From the NCBI RefSeq assembly GCF_009914755.1, contig NC_060937.1: DNA of 64,000 nucleotides, one strand, 5' to 3'. Source of the stretch: the human T2T-CHM13v2.0 reference genome, Homo sapiens. Below, one piece after another: positions 27,479-42,379 of the stretch (position 1 is the stretch's first letter; each line of letters starts with the position of its first letter). Both the position numbers and the translations under genes were made by a program. The notes under the pieces are model-generated. The model searched no databases, was not told where the DNA came from, and worked only from the letters and a program-made list of their open reading frames with translations.

Positions 27479-28547
27479 TGATCCTGGAGCTTGTGGATAG
27501 GTTTACACGTGTGCAGATATTTTTGCATATGTTTTTATTCACTCCTTTTTTATGCCTTTTTTTTTTTTAAACTCAAACCTCCTTTCCTCCTTCCAGTGCT
27601 CCTTCCCATACCGTAATGGGTGGAAAGATAAAAGCTACAGTTTCTGGAGGATTCTATTCTCTGCACTGAACCTTGACCAAGAGTGCCTATGTGATATTTT
27701 CTAAAGAGAAACTCAACAACTTTCATTGATTCTCAGAAGTCTCCAGAACCACCGTGGAGAGAGAAGGGAATAGTAACAGGAAGACATGCTTTAAGCAATC
27801 ATTAGATTTCTCTTTTGCATTTCACTCTCCTTTGCATTTCTCCATTTTTCTCTCTAGGGACTGTAAGTCCAGTTAGAGTTATATATGACTTGATAACGTA
27901 GCAGAAGCGGGGGGAGGTTTCCAAAACTCTATCCTTTTTATTTGGGAACAAACAATATCTAGGTACTAAGTTTCTCTATGGTTAAGCTAAAGGAAAATGC
28001 CCCTAATACCCTATACTATTTTTGATATCTCTGGAATGAAATCTATATTATACAAATGCAGCTTCCAAAGGACAGAAGTAATTACACTAGTCCTTACGTT
28101 TGTTCATTTCTGTATACTTCGGAAAAGTCATTTGCCTTCATTGGAATTAACACAGACGGATGGCTGAGAAGACTTGGATGTGGCTTTCAGCCTCTTTATG
28201 CCTCCAGGTCTTAATTCTTCCTCTTCTTTCATTTGAAATTTTCTCTCCTCATCTTCCGCTTGCCAAACTCATTCTCATTCTCAAGAACGAGCTAACATCC
28301 CTCCTTTGGGAAGGTAGCTCTTAACTCACCCCAGTCTGATGTAATCACTTTCTAGTCTTCCTCTCTAGACTGTGTGCTCCTTGAGCACAAAAGAACTGGG
28401 TCTTTTCATCTTCAAAAAAAACCCTTCTCTAGCACTGAGCATAGTGTCTCACATAAAAGGAAATTTCTATATATTTTATTTTTTCGTGTTTGGTGTGAGT
28501 AAATATTAGCAGTAAAGTGCGTAATTCTTAAAAGTCTGTTTGAGACC

Positions 28548-29396
28548 ATACACATAGCAAAGAAGCATATGAAGAAAATATTCAACATCACTAATCATTA
28601 GAAAAATCAAATCAAAACCACAATGAGATACCACCTCACACCAGTCAGAATGGCTATTATTAAAAAGTCAAAAATAACAGATGTTGGTGCGGTTACAGAA
28701 GAAAGGGAACACTTATACACTGCTATTGGGAAGGCAAATAGTTCAGCCACTGTGGAAAGCAGTTTGGAGAACTTACAACTACCATTTGACCCAGCAATCC
28801 CATCATTGGGTGTATACCCAAAGGAATAGAAATCATTCTGCAATAAAGACTCATGCAGGTATACGGTCATCACAACACTTTCATAGTAGCAAAGACAAAA
28901 ATCAATCTATATGTCCATCAACAGTGAACTGAATAAAGAAAATGTGTAAGTATACCCCATGGAATACTATGTAGCCACAAAAAAGAATGAAATCATGTCC
29001 TTTGCAGCAACATGAATGCAACTGGAGGCCATTATCCTAAGTGAATTAATGCAGGGACAGAAAACCAAATACAGGCTTGCACTTCCCTTCCCTCCCCTCC
29101 TGATGCCATGCAAAAAGAAAAAGGAAACCGAATCCAACATGTTCTCACTTATAACTGGATGCTCAACATTGGGTACACATGGACATGAAGAAGGGAACAA
29201 TAGACACCAGGGCTTACTTGAGGGTGGAGGGTGGGAGGAAGGTGGGGATTGAAAAACTGTGTATTGGGTACTATGTTCACTGCCTGAGTGATGAAATCAT
29301 TTGTACACCAAATACCAGCAACACACAATTCACCCCATTTAACAAATCTGTGCATGTACCTTCTGAACCTAAAAGAAAAGTTGGACCAAAAAAAAT
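28548..29396 (+). mobile_element. Older L1PA 3' end (~0.85 kb)
   Basis: MRYHLTPVRMAIIKKSK ORF2 C-terminus; G-rich 3'UTR; ends CTGAACCTAAAAGAAAAG. Confidence 0.95.
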
Positions 29397-29654
29397 TTTC
29401 TCTCAAAGATTTTTGAAAATGCACACATAAATATGCATGAATGAGGGAAAGAAGGAATGAACTAAAGATTTGGCATGCTGGAGATCTGATTGTGTTGACA
29501 TTGATTGGGAATCCCAACGTGCTCTCTCTCTTAAGAGTTCAGAAAAACAGTTCCCACTAGTCTACCTCACTGCTCTGCCTCTGGCTGGACATTGTTCTTT
29601 CTGGGTAAGACCTGAGCACAGAAAACTCTTGTTTGCAATAAAGAATTCCCACTT

Positions 29655-30745
29655 ACCATTCACTCACATTCATTCCAAAGAGTTTATTGAGTGCCTGTTA
29701 GGTTCTAGACACTATTTTAGGCACTAAAACTCAAGAACAAAACCGAGAAGAAACATCTGTCTTCTCATTGAGTTTACATTCTAGTGTAAGGAGATCAAAA
29801 ATTATCCATAACTACAAGAAGGGAAATATGTTAACATTTATGTGTTATAGAAAAAAATCGAGCTGGGTCAGAGGCTTTGGGGGGTCTGGGTGATAGTGGG
29901 CTGCTTTCATTTTAAATAGAGTGGGCAGGAGATGCCCTTCTGAGGAAGCGACTCTTGAGGGAAGATGTGGGGTGAGTTGGCCATGAAGACATCTGGGAGA
30001 AGAGCATTCCCTGCACAGGAATAGTCAAGGCAGAGGCCCTACAGCAGCTGCTGGGGCTGGAGCAGGGTGGGCAAGGGTGAGAAGGAGGGGGTAAGAGGGA
30101 GGGATTAGAAGGAGGTAGTGAGGGCCTTTGATGGTTTGGCTGTGTCTCCACCCAAATCTCATCTTGAATTGTAGCTCCCATAATTCCCACGTGTTGTGGG
30201 AGGGACCAGGTGGGAAGATAATTGAATCATGGGGGCAGTTTCCTCTCTACTGTTCTCATGGTAGTGACTAAGTCTCATGAGATCTTATGGTTTTATATGG
30301 GGAAACCCCTTTTGCTTGGTTCTCATTTTCTCTCTTGTCTGCCACCATGTAAGACATGCCTTTTGCCTTCTGCCATGATTGTGAGTCCTCCCTTGCCACG
30401 TGGAACTTTGAGTTCATTAAACCTCTTTTTCTTTACAAATTACCCAGTCTCCGGTATGTCTTTATCAGCAGCATGAAAATAGACCAATCCAGTCTTGTAG
30501 GCCATTTTAAGGACTTTGGCTTCTTTCTCTGAGGGAAGAAGGAAGCCACTGGAGGGCTCTGAGCAGAGGAGGAATATAACTTGGCTCAGCGATTTCAAAG
30601 ACTTCCTCTGGCTGCTGTGCTGGGAGTGGATAGGGGGTGAGCAATGGTGGAAGACAGAGGAGGTACTGCAGTTAGCTGGAGACAGGGGACAGGCAGCAGG
30701 GGACCAGTAGCAGGTGGACAGGCTCAGGTCAGAGGCATCTGGTGA
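29655..30745 (-). mobile_element. L2 split by a THE1 LTR
   Basis: CATTCACTCACATTCATTCC...TTTATTGAGTGCC tail; AGGGCCTT|GTAGGCCATTTTAAGGACTTTGGC rejoins across the LTR. Confidence 0.85.
30129..30491 (+). mobile_element. THE1 (MaLR) solo LTR
   Basis: TGATGGTTTGGCTGTGTCTCCACCCAAATCTCATCTTGAATTGTAGCTCCC...TTTATCAGCAGCATGAAAATAGACCAATCCA; TSD GCCTT/GTCTT. Confidence 0.93.
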
Positions 30746-31009
30746 ATGGTGCTTTTGACTAATCCTGATCAACTGTGAACTTAAACTGAAGACTCAGGTA
30801 TCTTTTGAAAGGCTTCCATAAAAGTGTTGATATGGGTAATAATTTGTAAGGTTTTTGGATGACAGAGCCTATGCTCCACAAGACTCATATCTTGCTTTTT
30901 TTAAATGTGGGTTTTCTTCCTATAAAAGAGTTGCTATTGATACAACATCCGTACCATAAATTGAAAGTCATCTTGGTTGTATTGTGTGAGCTCTGTGGAA
31001 GGAATGCTT

Positions 31010-31200
31010 CCTGGATTTGATCAAGAAACATGGCATCTGAGTAATTTATTAGAGGATTGTGAAGAAGTGTAGGTGCTAGGGGATAATGTTTAGACTTTTC
31101 AAAAAGTTCTGGACAATATTTTAGACTATGAGCTATTGAAGTGTAAGTGTTTGAGTAAGAAATTGTTTAAAAAATAGAAAACCAGTAGTATAAGTAAAAT
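31010..31200 (+). mobile_element. CR1-clade LINE reverse-transcriptase relic
   Basis: Manual translation with frameshifts: PGFDQETWHLSNLLEDCEEV / CLDF-QKVLDNILDYELLK / *VRNCLKNRK, resembling CR1 HGFxKGRSCLTNLLEFFEEV / YLDFQKAFDKVPH / WIRNWLxxRK. Confidence 0.7.
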
Positions 31201-31509
31201 TTTTGTTGGGGAGCTCATTAAGAAAATTCTAAACAGCAAGATTCTCAGTGAATTCCACAAGTCTATGGTAAGAGACCGTTTCCAGAGAAACAGGAAATAC
31301 TTTTCACATGGGGAATATGCTAACAGAACACATTAACCAGAAAGCTGGAATCTACTGAAAATAGTGGTAGATCTTAAAAGTCTGAAATAAAATATTTTTG
31401 TGGATACCTTCCTAGTTTGACACAAGAGATATAAAGATGTTTGTATGTAAGCCTTTGAGATTGAACCCTAGAGGAGACCAAGAAGTTTCTACGTGGATAA
31501 CTCACAGAT

Positions 31510-32335
31510 AAACCTCAAATTCAGATTCCCCTTTCCCTCACTCCAGGCTCTTTATCTTGGATAATTGCCTCATCCTCTCGGTCTCTTGCTCGATCCAGAA
31601 GCCATGAATACTTCTGCTTGCCTGTTCCCCTATCAGGTGCACAGCTCGGCTGAGTCTTCTATTCCTCATCTGTTCCACTCCCTCCTCGGTATTTCCACCC
31701 CCAGCATCCTGCTTGGGGCTCTGCCATTTCCCTTCTGGAATATTCCCCTGGCCACCTGGCTGGCTTCGTGGCCTCCATTCCAGCCCCACTCCAGCTTGTC
31801 CCCAGATGGGACACCAAGGTGAGGGTTCTCACCCACAAATCTGATAATGTCAGTTCCCTCGGAAAACCCCTGAACAGCTTCCCCTTGCCTTCCAGATGAA
31901 ATCCGAAATCCTTAACGTGGCACACAAAGTCTTCTGTTATCTGGCCCTTGCCTTTGTATTCTCGATTCTCCTCTTATCACTCCCTTCCTTGAACCCTGGA
32001 ACCCTCATTGGAACTGTGTACAGCTCCCTGTGTGTCCTGCTCATCTCAGTGAGGAGCTTTGCATGTGTTTAATTTCCTCCTGCAGCACTGGGCTTCCTGC
32101 AGGGTTCATTCCTCCTCCTCCTCAACATCCCAACTTGAGGTCACTGCCCTAGGAAATCTTTCTTCTCTGTCTCTGTTTCTACATCAGGTATCATTCCTGT
32201 GTGTTCCCATAGCATTTTGTGTCTATCGCACTTATTTCTTGAATTGTTACTATTGTTGAAAAAATTTAAAAAATCTTAGTCTCCTTAAGCTTTAGTAAGT
32301 CTCAGAAATGTGAAACATGCTTAGTTAATGTTTGC
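31510..32335 (+). mobile_element. L2 fragment
   Basis: ACCTCAAATTCAG...AAATCTGATAATGTCAGTTCCCT...GATGAAATCCGAAATCCTTAACGTGGCACACAAAG. Confidence 0.75.
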
Positions 32336-32409
32336 TAAAAGAACTCAGACCTTCCATTACATATCCTTGTATATGACTATCAAACACGTCTCTGTTTTCA
32401 GGACTTTTT

Positions 32410-32665
<256 letters not shown>

Positions 32666-33989
32666 AGACTTTTGGTTGAGTGTGCTTGTAGAGATCTTAT
32701 TTTTATGTGGTAGTATTTTAAATATGGGGTTGAAAGGACAAATGACCTCAGTACCTATGTTATCTTTTATTGCATTCCACTAACATTCCCATGTTTCTGT
32801 TTTTTGCCTTCTCTCATCTTCATTTAGCATGTCAATATTTTATAAAATAGATGATGATACAGAACTTTCAAATATATATCCCAGGAAATAAACAAGATGG
32901 AACCTGGAGTTGGTCATGAAGAATTCTTGAGAGCCAGTATTCTGAGTTTTTCTTCAGTGACCCAATGTTAATCACTTTGAAAGAAGAGAGGCAAAGAAGT
33001 CTGTTTTTCATTCCATCTCTTTGCCTGTGTAAATAATTACTATCAGTTTCTAGGCTTTAGGACCAGTGCCATAAAGACATTTTAAGGTTCAATTTCACAG
33101 ACTCATTTCTGACTATCTCAGGACACCATGGGAATGATCTGTGTACTGTGTTGTTTTCTGGAGTGACTTGGCCATGCAGCCCTTTTGCTATGACACAGCA
33201 GCAGAAATCAGGCCTGTTTTATTTAGTGCCTCCTTTTTTCTTCCATTGTTCTCATGTGTTTCAGACCCTCACCACCTGGTGACCGGCTGTAACCCCCTCT
33301 CCAGCTTCCTTAGGGGGCAATATCCCTATAAGAATGTGAGTCAGAAACACAGTGGCCACTGGATCCAGCACTGCTAGAGACAAGCGAAGATCAAGCAAGC
33401 TGAGGTCAGCACAGGTAGACAGGTTCAGCTGGAAAAAGGACTGGGTGAGCTGTGCTTGGAATGAGACTGGCAAGTCTGATCTGGTGTTAGGCAGAATTCT
33501 GAACTTAAAAGTTGACAACAGGTGGGAGAAAATTTCAATAGGGCTGGACATACTATGAAGAATACACAGAGAAATTACTGGCTTTGATAAGGATCTCTGC
33601 AGATGAGACATTTTATCTAGGGCAATTCAGATATATTAAATTGGCCCTACTCCAGGTAGAGACTTACTGGTCTTAAAGGGCTCTCATCAGTTAAGGAGAA
33701 ACCACTTCCCTTAAAAGGAAAGGCGTTTCTTCATCTAGCTGTGCTTCTTCAGTAGGTGAACAAGAGGGGGAATGCAAGTGAAGGAGACGGGCACAAAGCC
33801 CGACCTCCTTGTGGACTTGGGCTTCTCCGGGGAATGCTTGTTCTCGGGGATGTGGTTGGATTAGCCCTGGGAGGTGGGGAGAGGAGGAGATCGGTGGAGG
33901 GCGGTTTTCTTCCTTTTCCCTTTGCTTGGATTTCCCCTTCTGAGACCAAGTCACCATATGGCACCAAAGGGAGAGGTTTGGCCCAGGAA

Positions 33990-34350
33990 CATAGACTTCT
34001 CATTTTCCAGTTTGCACAGCTCATCCTGCCCATATAGATCTCTTCTTCACTTTCAAATAAAGCTTCCTGAAATGTAATTTTCATTGTATCAAAGGCCTTT
34101 AATGACTTCTTATTGTTAATAAATTGCAAACCCCTTAGGCTGACATTCAAGGATCTTGACTATCTGGCCCCAACCTACCTCATTCTTCCCAAAGCAAACC
34201 CTCGACTCTGAAGCAAGTGTACTGGCTGTTTCTTGAAGACACATGCAGTTCCTGTCTTCAGGATTTGTCCATACTACTATCATCCATCCAGAACACCTCT
34301 TCACTCTTCTCCATTGATGTGAATTTTTAAACACAACTGCTCAAATCCTA
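33990..34350 (+). mobile_element. L2 fragment
   Basis: CAAACCCCTTAGGCTGACATTCAAGGATCTTGACTATCTGGCCCCAACCTACCT. Confidence 0.65.
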
Positions 34351-34364
34351 CCTTTTCCACTCTT

Positions 34365-34659
<295 letters not shown>

Positions 34660-35321
34660 CCTTTTCCACTCTTGACCCTTCTGAAACCAGTTGGGTTCTT
34701 GCTTTTCTTTCCGTAATGTCTAACTGAGTTTGGTGATCTCTGGTAAGAGTAAATGAGTGAAAAGTAAACAAAATATTAATACCAAAGACTGTGTGGAAGG
34801 ACTATGCTTTCCAGAAGTAAGCTGTCTAAACTTCCTCCAAGAGATAAATGCCTTTAAGATATGCATCTCTTACTTTGCCCTCTTGAGTATCAGATATCTT
34901 CCTCTCTCAGCGTGGCATTTGTTTAAAATCCACTGGGGATATTTTTGCATCACTGACTGAACACACTTAGAGGGCTCAAGTAGCAGAATATTCTCAGGGC
35001 ACACTCTGTGTCTTGAGTCCGGGACATTCTCAGGGACTTGCAGCTATCAGTTTTCTTTCCAAGCATGCAGACACTACTTATGTAATTCTGGCCTCAAGGG
35101 TATTTCCAGGACACTTGTCTGCAGACAGGAGCAGGATAATTAGCACATACACGATGGCCCATACAAGAGGGGGACAATTAGGATAAAAGTTGGAATGGTC
35201 CAGATTTTAAACTGAAACTGCTAGGTTGAGAAGGACTCAAGACAAAGGCTCTACGGGGTGTGGGCCAGGAAATGTGGGTTGGCATGGTGTTAGAAAGTCC
35301 CCATGAAAACACAGGATATGA

Positions 35322-35635
<314 letters not shown>

Positions 35636-37414
35636 ACAAGGATATGACTTAGATCCCTAGCATGTTTGCAATGCACACTGGACACTTGCAGATCTCATGT
35701 TTGAATGATGGGAATTGACTAACTTTCCAATATGCTAAGACGGGTAGACTTTGGTCAAGGGAGGTCAGGAGCATCCAAGTAGTTGAAAGAGTTCTGAAGT
35801 CGTTGTACAACTGCTTGCCTTAATGCAGCAAATGTTCTGTGGATAATATCTTCCTGCCGAGTTACATCAAATGGAAATCGAGCTGTGTATTTTCTTAGCA
35901 TCTTAGGCCACAGTGCCCTGTGCGTTTAACTCAAAACTCTTTAAGCTATAGTGGAACACCCTTAATGGATCATTTGGCATATGTGGTGATGCTTACATGA
36001 AACAAACTTCTAAAAAATTTAAACTAAACCTTTTAGAACTTCCCACTAGGGAGCACAGTTGCGTTGAAAGGCAATATAATTTATGACATCAGAAGACTCT
36101 TGTTAGTCTCTTTAGAAAGTGTTCTTTTCATTTTCCTGACTACATTTTCTTTTTTTTCAAAAGAAAATCAATTATTTCATTAGATGAAACATTTTAGGAT
36201 GCATGTATGTTTTTCAGGAATCACATACAAGGTAATAGACTGTTATGGTGATTTCTATCCAGCACAAGCTACATACAAGTAATATTTCATTGAGGTTTTC
36301 TGGCCCATTATTTTTATAGGTAAAGTTATATTTAGGGAGGGGTAATGGTGTGTCAGGGGAAACGGATGCTGAGACATTATAATTAACTTGCATTTTAAAG
36401 AAAGGCAAGCTAGACACTAGCCTTAGTGTGTAAGCTGTAACAATTAGAAAGAGATCTTTATTCTAAAATTATTAACTGCAATAATTAACTTTTAATAAAC
36501 TCTGATTCTGAGATACTATTGGTTGGTATGACTAAATTTAAAAGTCAGCATTTTGTGGTCACACACCTGTATCTACGTATTTATTTTACTAGGATGCAAT
36601 TGGTAAAACTCTCATTTTTCTTATTTTGAGTAGAAGTCAGTAGTAGTTTGCAACATAATTTAGCAAGCAAACTGTTCAGCATGATTCTGTCTTTCTATTT
36701 GTATGAGTGAGGTTTCATGACCCTTGGACCACAAAGACTTCACTTGGAGACAAAGTGTGACCCAGCACACTCCCGTAAACTTTTAAATGATCCAGCCTCA
36801 TGACCGTAGCTACAATTATAAAGAATATTATAGTTCATTTTTCATTTGTTTATATATACACAGCAACTTATTTTATGTACAATCTTGATGCATAACTCAG
36901 TAATTATGACACAGTTACCCCCAAAATATCGGGGCTATGTGAATTAAAAAATGTTCTTAATAACCTTGTATTTCTTTCAGAAGAACCTATAAAAAGGAAT
37001 GATTGCTTTTCAGAGCAGCAAAGGATAATCAGAGAGCCCAGAGTGGGGGAAATCTCTTCTCTTGGGCTTTGCTTGGGACTCATCCATCTGCTGTCTCTGT
37101 TCTCAACTGTCTATTAAAGCAAATGAGCAGACTCATATTCTGTTTCTGTGGAAGAGCTCATTACCTCCCACCTTTAGGATGAAGCTCTAACTTCTTACAT
37201 AATGCTCAGTGCAGTAATACTGGGGTCAAGACTGGAATTCTTCCTTAAAGCAAGTTATTGGATTATGATTCTATAGTCAGGGACCTCAGTAATATTTGGT
37301 GTATCTTTTTTTTTCTTTTTTTTTAAGGCTTCCTTCAAACTTGGAATCCAGAGCAGACTTTCCTGGTAAAGAGATGACGCTTTATTGCTTTAACCACTAT
37401 TTTATTTACCAGGT

Positions 37415-37640
37415 GCTTAAATAATGCTGACTCTTTGCCAGATGCGTGAAAATGTCTTAGAAATAATTAACTCCTTTAATCCTCACAATGACTCTAAGAT
37501 AGACTCTGACTTTTCCTATTTCACGAATGAGTAAGTCACATGCCCAAGGTCACAAAGGTAGACCAGGAGCACAGGCTGAGCATAGGCATCAGCTCTGGAG
37601 TCCATGTCCTTGGCCACAGTCTCTGCGGCCATTAAACCAT
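37415..37640 (-). mobile_element. MIR
   Basis: TTTAATCCTCACAATG...TGCCCAAGGTCACA. Confidence 0.7.
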
Positions 37641-38697
37641 CCATACAGGTTACCTTCTGGAACCTAAACTCTCACGTGCCCTGGCTGGTGTCTCTAAGCC
37701 TGTCCTGGAGGATGCATCAGCATCCTCACGGTTCAGCATCCCCCAAAGAAACCCCACACATTTACATCCCACCACCAGCTTCCCTTCTTGCAATCCAGAC
37801 ACAGTGGATGCCTGGATGAGATTTCTCATAACTTGGTGCCTTTACACTTCTCCTTACTCCACTCTTATGGGAGACTTTTTCCCTTTTTATTCATAGGATA
37901 TTCTTCCAGCGACTTTTCAAGGTATAGCTCTTTTGACCGTTGCCTCCTTCTGGCAGACTGAAGCACGTGCTTGGTCCACACCACTCCAATGCTTCCTGTT
38001 TGATCATAGCCCTCTTATGCCATCTTTCAGCCTGATTTGAGTCCTTTTGGACTGCATCTGGGATTTGGGGCCTGGCTCAATAGGCCCTGGGGCCTGATAA
38101 TTCTGGGTGGTGAGTGTGGGGCCAAAGTCCCACCCCCTTCCTTAATGAAACCCTATAGAATTTTTAAGAGCTGACCACCTTTTGAGCAATGCTTATTATT
38201 GTTATATGCATGACATGCTCCTTCTTAACTGGATCAGCCAATCTGTTGAAATGACTCTCATAGCTATAATAAATTGTCTGGGACGTGAGCTTCAGAATAC
38301 AGATATAACACTAGAAAGATCTAATTGAGTTTAACTTTTATTTTTTACTATTTTTTTTAACCAAGCAGCAGCACTGATGGGTTTAACCTTTATAGACATA
38401 CGTATTTATAAGACTCTGACCAAAATGCTAAAAACAGATGCGAAACAACACTCCACCAAAACATTACATTGAAAGAATATTAATTTCATATTAAATATGC
38501 CTATCATAGCCTCATGAATACACAGTTATTAGATTTCCATAGGAACTGAAAATGCTGAATAGTTAAGAATTTCCTCAGCAATTTATTTCTTGTTAGGATT
38601 TCTCCTGTAATCTGTAATAGTTTTGGCAAACTGAAATAACAATATATTGCTGTAATCACATAAATCTCCAATAGTTCTTTAGTCAGCCTGGTTTTGA

Positions 38698-39137
<440 letters not shown>

Positions 39138-40359
39138 TCATTACAGTCGGTACCCTTAGGTGCACCTCATGTGACTAATTCCTGACTCTTTAATATACTA
39201 TAGCTACCTTTTATTTATCTGGGAAGTGAAATTTCTTAATAATTGTAAGAAAAGAAAAGGAAATAAATATTTTGGGTAAATAAGCTACCTGTCTGGAAAA
39301 TCTTGCTTTAAGTAGAACCAGCACTTGGAATCATTGTCTACATCAAGTACGTTTCAGGTCAAACAGAAACAAAAGTGCTCAGAAATGGGGAGAAACTAGG
39401 ACATCAACATAAAGAAGTCCTCAGGTGTGTGCTTGGGTGATGTGTATTTGTGTTGTCTCATAGGATGATTTCAGGAGCAGTTGAAATAATACCAAAATAT
39501 TCTCTTTCCTTTAATGCGCAGGCAGTGTGGGGCAATAGTTTGAGAAAAACCGAAGAGAATAATTAAATGATCAACTGCAAAGATATTAGGAATATTTCAA
39601 CAGTGTCTGTCAAGAAGTTACCTTGGCTAAAGAGATTTGGGTTTTATTCTTTACCACTTGCTAGGTGCTGTTAAAGTTAATACATGTTTTTGTCTTTTTC
39701 TGAGGTTAAGTGTTTACTTGGGGATTCTGGTGCATTTTGATGTGGAGATGTTTTAAAAGTACCTTGAGAGAAAGGATGAACACATTACTGTAAAGTGAAG
39801 TACACTGTTTCCAGGGATGGTTGGCTTTTAATTTTTACCTTGACTCACTTCTCTATTGAATTGAACATAAACTTCTTTTGTCAACAGACAAAATGAAACA
39901 AAATGACATCTATATTCTACATGTTTCTTCCAGAAAAAAAGAAGCACTGTATTGCTAACTGGTGCAGTCAAAAAGGCATTTGTGTCTTATGTTTCATTTA
40001 CTGAAGTTCTTGAAAATGCAGTTTCTTTAAGAGCCTTTGTAAATATTCCTCTTCTACACGATAAAGGTTTTCTGTGCAAATTCATAAATTACTATAGGAG
40101 GGAGGTTTAAATCTATTTGCTGGCACTTGTAAATTAGAAATTTTGCACACATTGTAAGTGCAGCCGTGCAGGAAACCACCACTGATCTCAACTTGAATGT
40201 ATTCTATCCAGTTTTTACTTGGGAGGCTTTGATTTCCAGTGCAATTAATTAAGCAAACAGGAAGAAAGTTAGTACTTTTTATAAAACAAAGGCCCTTACA
40301 TTGAGGCTTTCACGGGTCTTATAAGTAGACAGTTCTCCTAAATCCTGCTTCACAGATCT

Positions 40360-40600
40360 TTTGATTCTCCCTCAAAAGCTTTATCCTATTCCAATTGACA
40401 CTCATCACCACAGGAGGCTTGCTACTTGCAAATTTCTCTATTGCTGCTTTCATTTCCTCTTTAGTAATAGAGGCAATCAGTTTCTCATTATCCAGAAGAT
40501 CCAGTTTTGGCATTTTAATTTTAGCCAGAATTTTCATAATCTGTTATCAGCTGCTAAGTCTGATGCAAATATCAGTTTGGAGAACAAGAACAACAAAAAG
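40360..40600 (-). mobile_element. Ancient L1/Tx1-clade ORF2 relic (pre-RT region)
   Basis: ILAKIKMPKLDLLDNEKLIASITKEEMKAAIEKFASSKPP, then with a 1-nt shift G.DECQLE*DKAFEGE; resembles FLxxxxLPxL...L...ITxEExxxAIxxLxxxKSPGPDGxxxEWYKxF. Confidence 0.65.
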
Positions 40601-41297
40601 AAACTTTTTACATTATTGCCATCTATTGATAAGATACAGAACCTACTAAAAACTGTGGTCTTTCTGATTTTGATTCTTATTAATATATTTGTTACTCCTG
40701 ACATTGGGATACTCATTTACAAAATTTAATAGAGATTTATTAAGAAAATCACAGTACATACTAATACTAATCTTTAAGATTCATTACATTTCTGCTTTGG
40801 GAATAGAACCACATCAGATATTATCAGGATCAGGGAGAACAGGTTTGGGTCCTAGTAGGAACAAATTAGTGCCCCTCAGTGAGGGTGGTACTGTGCTGAA
40901 AGACGGCAGTATAGTTGGGCCTAACTAGTCTCTACTAGTTTTGGGCCAATCACCCTCCCCACCCTAATCATTAGCCTTGTGTGTTTTGAAGAATTAGAAG
41001 TTAGAAGAACTACCATTTAGGAGAAGAGAAAAGAACAAATAAAAACTGGAGGAAAAATTCAAGGGCTTTATAATTCATATTAGTAGACAAGTTTTACAAA
41101 AACAAAGAAATGACTTTCTTGTTATAAAATATATAGTGCTTCACAAACAACGTTGGAAAACAATCTGTGACTGTAGTCTTTAACATTCATTTGGTATTTA
41201 GGGGTCCGGGGTCTAATTTTAAACTTATTTTTTAACATTAATTTGTATAAACATGTTTGAAATTCTATTTGATTTATTTGAGTAAGCTTACTTTTAT

Positions 41298-41622
<325 letters not shown>

Positions 41623-42379
41623 TACTTATGTTATAATTCACTGATTTTATTAATTTAATTCATAAGTGATTCATTTTTTATTTTTTGGATCTGTGTTCCT
41701 GATGGTACATCCATCTGCTTTGGGGCAGCATTTTGCAGACTCTGAGAGCTGTGAGTTTCTTTAACATGCCAGTCTGCCTAGTGGGACAGCAGCCTATGGG
41801 CTTGAGGGCTAGGCAGGGGGCACTCTAGCGTCCTTGTTGGAATCTTGGACTCTTTCATTAGTCAGAAAGGCAGCAATGGGAGACTGTAGTTATTAGGACA
41901 AGCAGACCGTCTTTCTTGCCCTCTTGATAGCTGCAGCTGCTTCATCCTGAGTTAGGAGGCTATCACTGTGGCACAAGGAAATGTATTTTACATAAAAAGA
42001 GAGAGACAACTACCAGTCAGGCCTTCTGTGTGACTAAGGCTCAAAGCGCCAATTCTTTTTAAATTCTGCTGACTCCTGCTGCAGGCCGTCCTGGCTGATC
42101 CTCAGCCGAGCTGACAGGGACATTCATCTGAGAAAGAAGATTCTAATGGGGGTGGGAAGCAGTGGTGCATGGCAGGGGTAGTGGGTCCCCAGGAGTTGTG
42201 GTCTAGAAGGGTCATGGTGAGTTGTAGAACAGAAGCACTCAGCATAGGTTAATTCAGTACCCACCATGAGAGACACACTGCTGTAGGCATGGCGGATGTT
42301 TGTGAATGGCATGTGGTCTTCACACATTAGAGACGCTTCCCGCGGAAATCTGCATATCCACATGTTGGCGGTCCTACAG

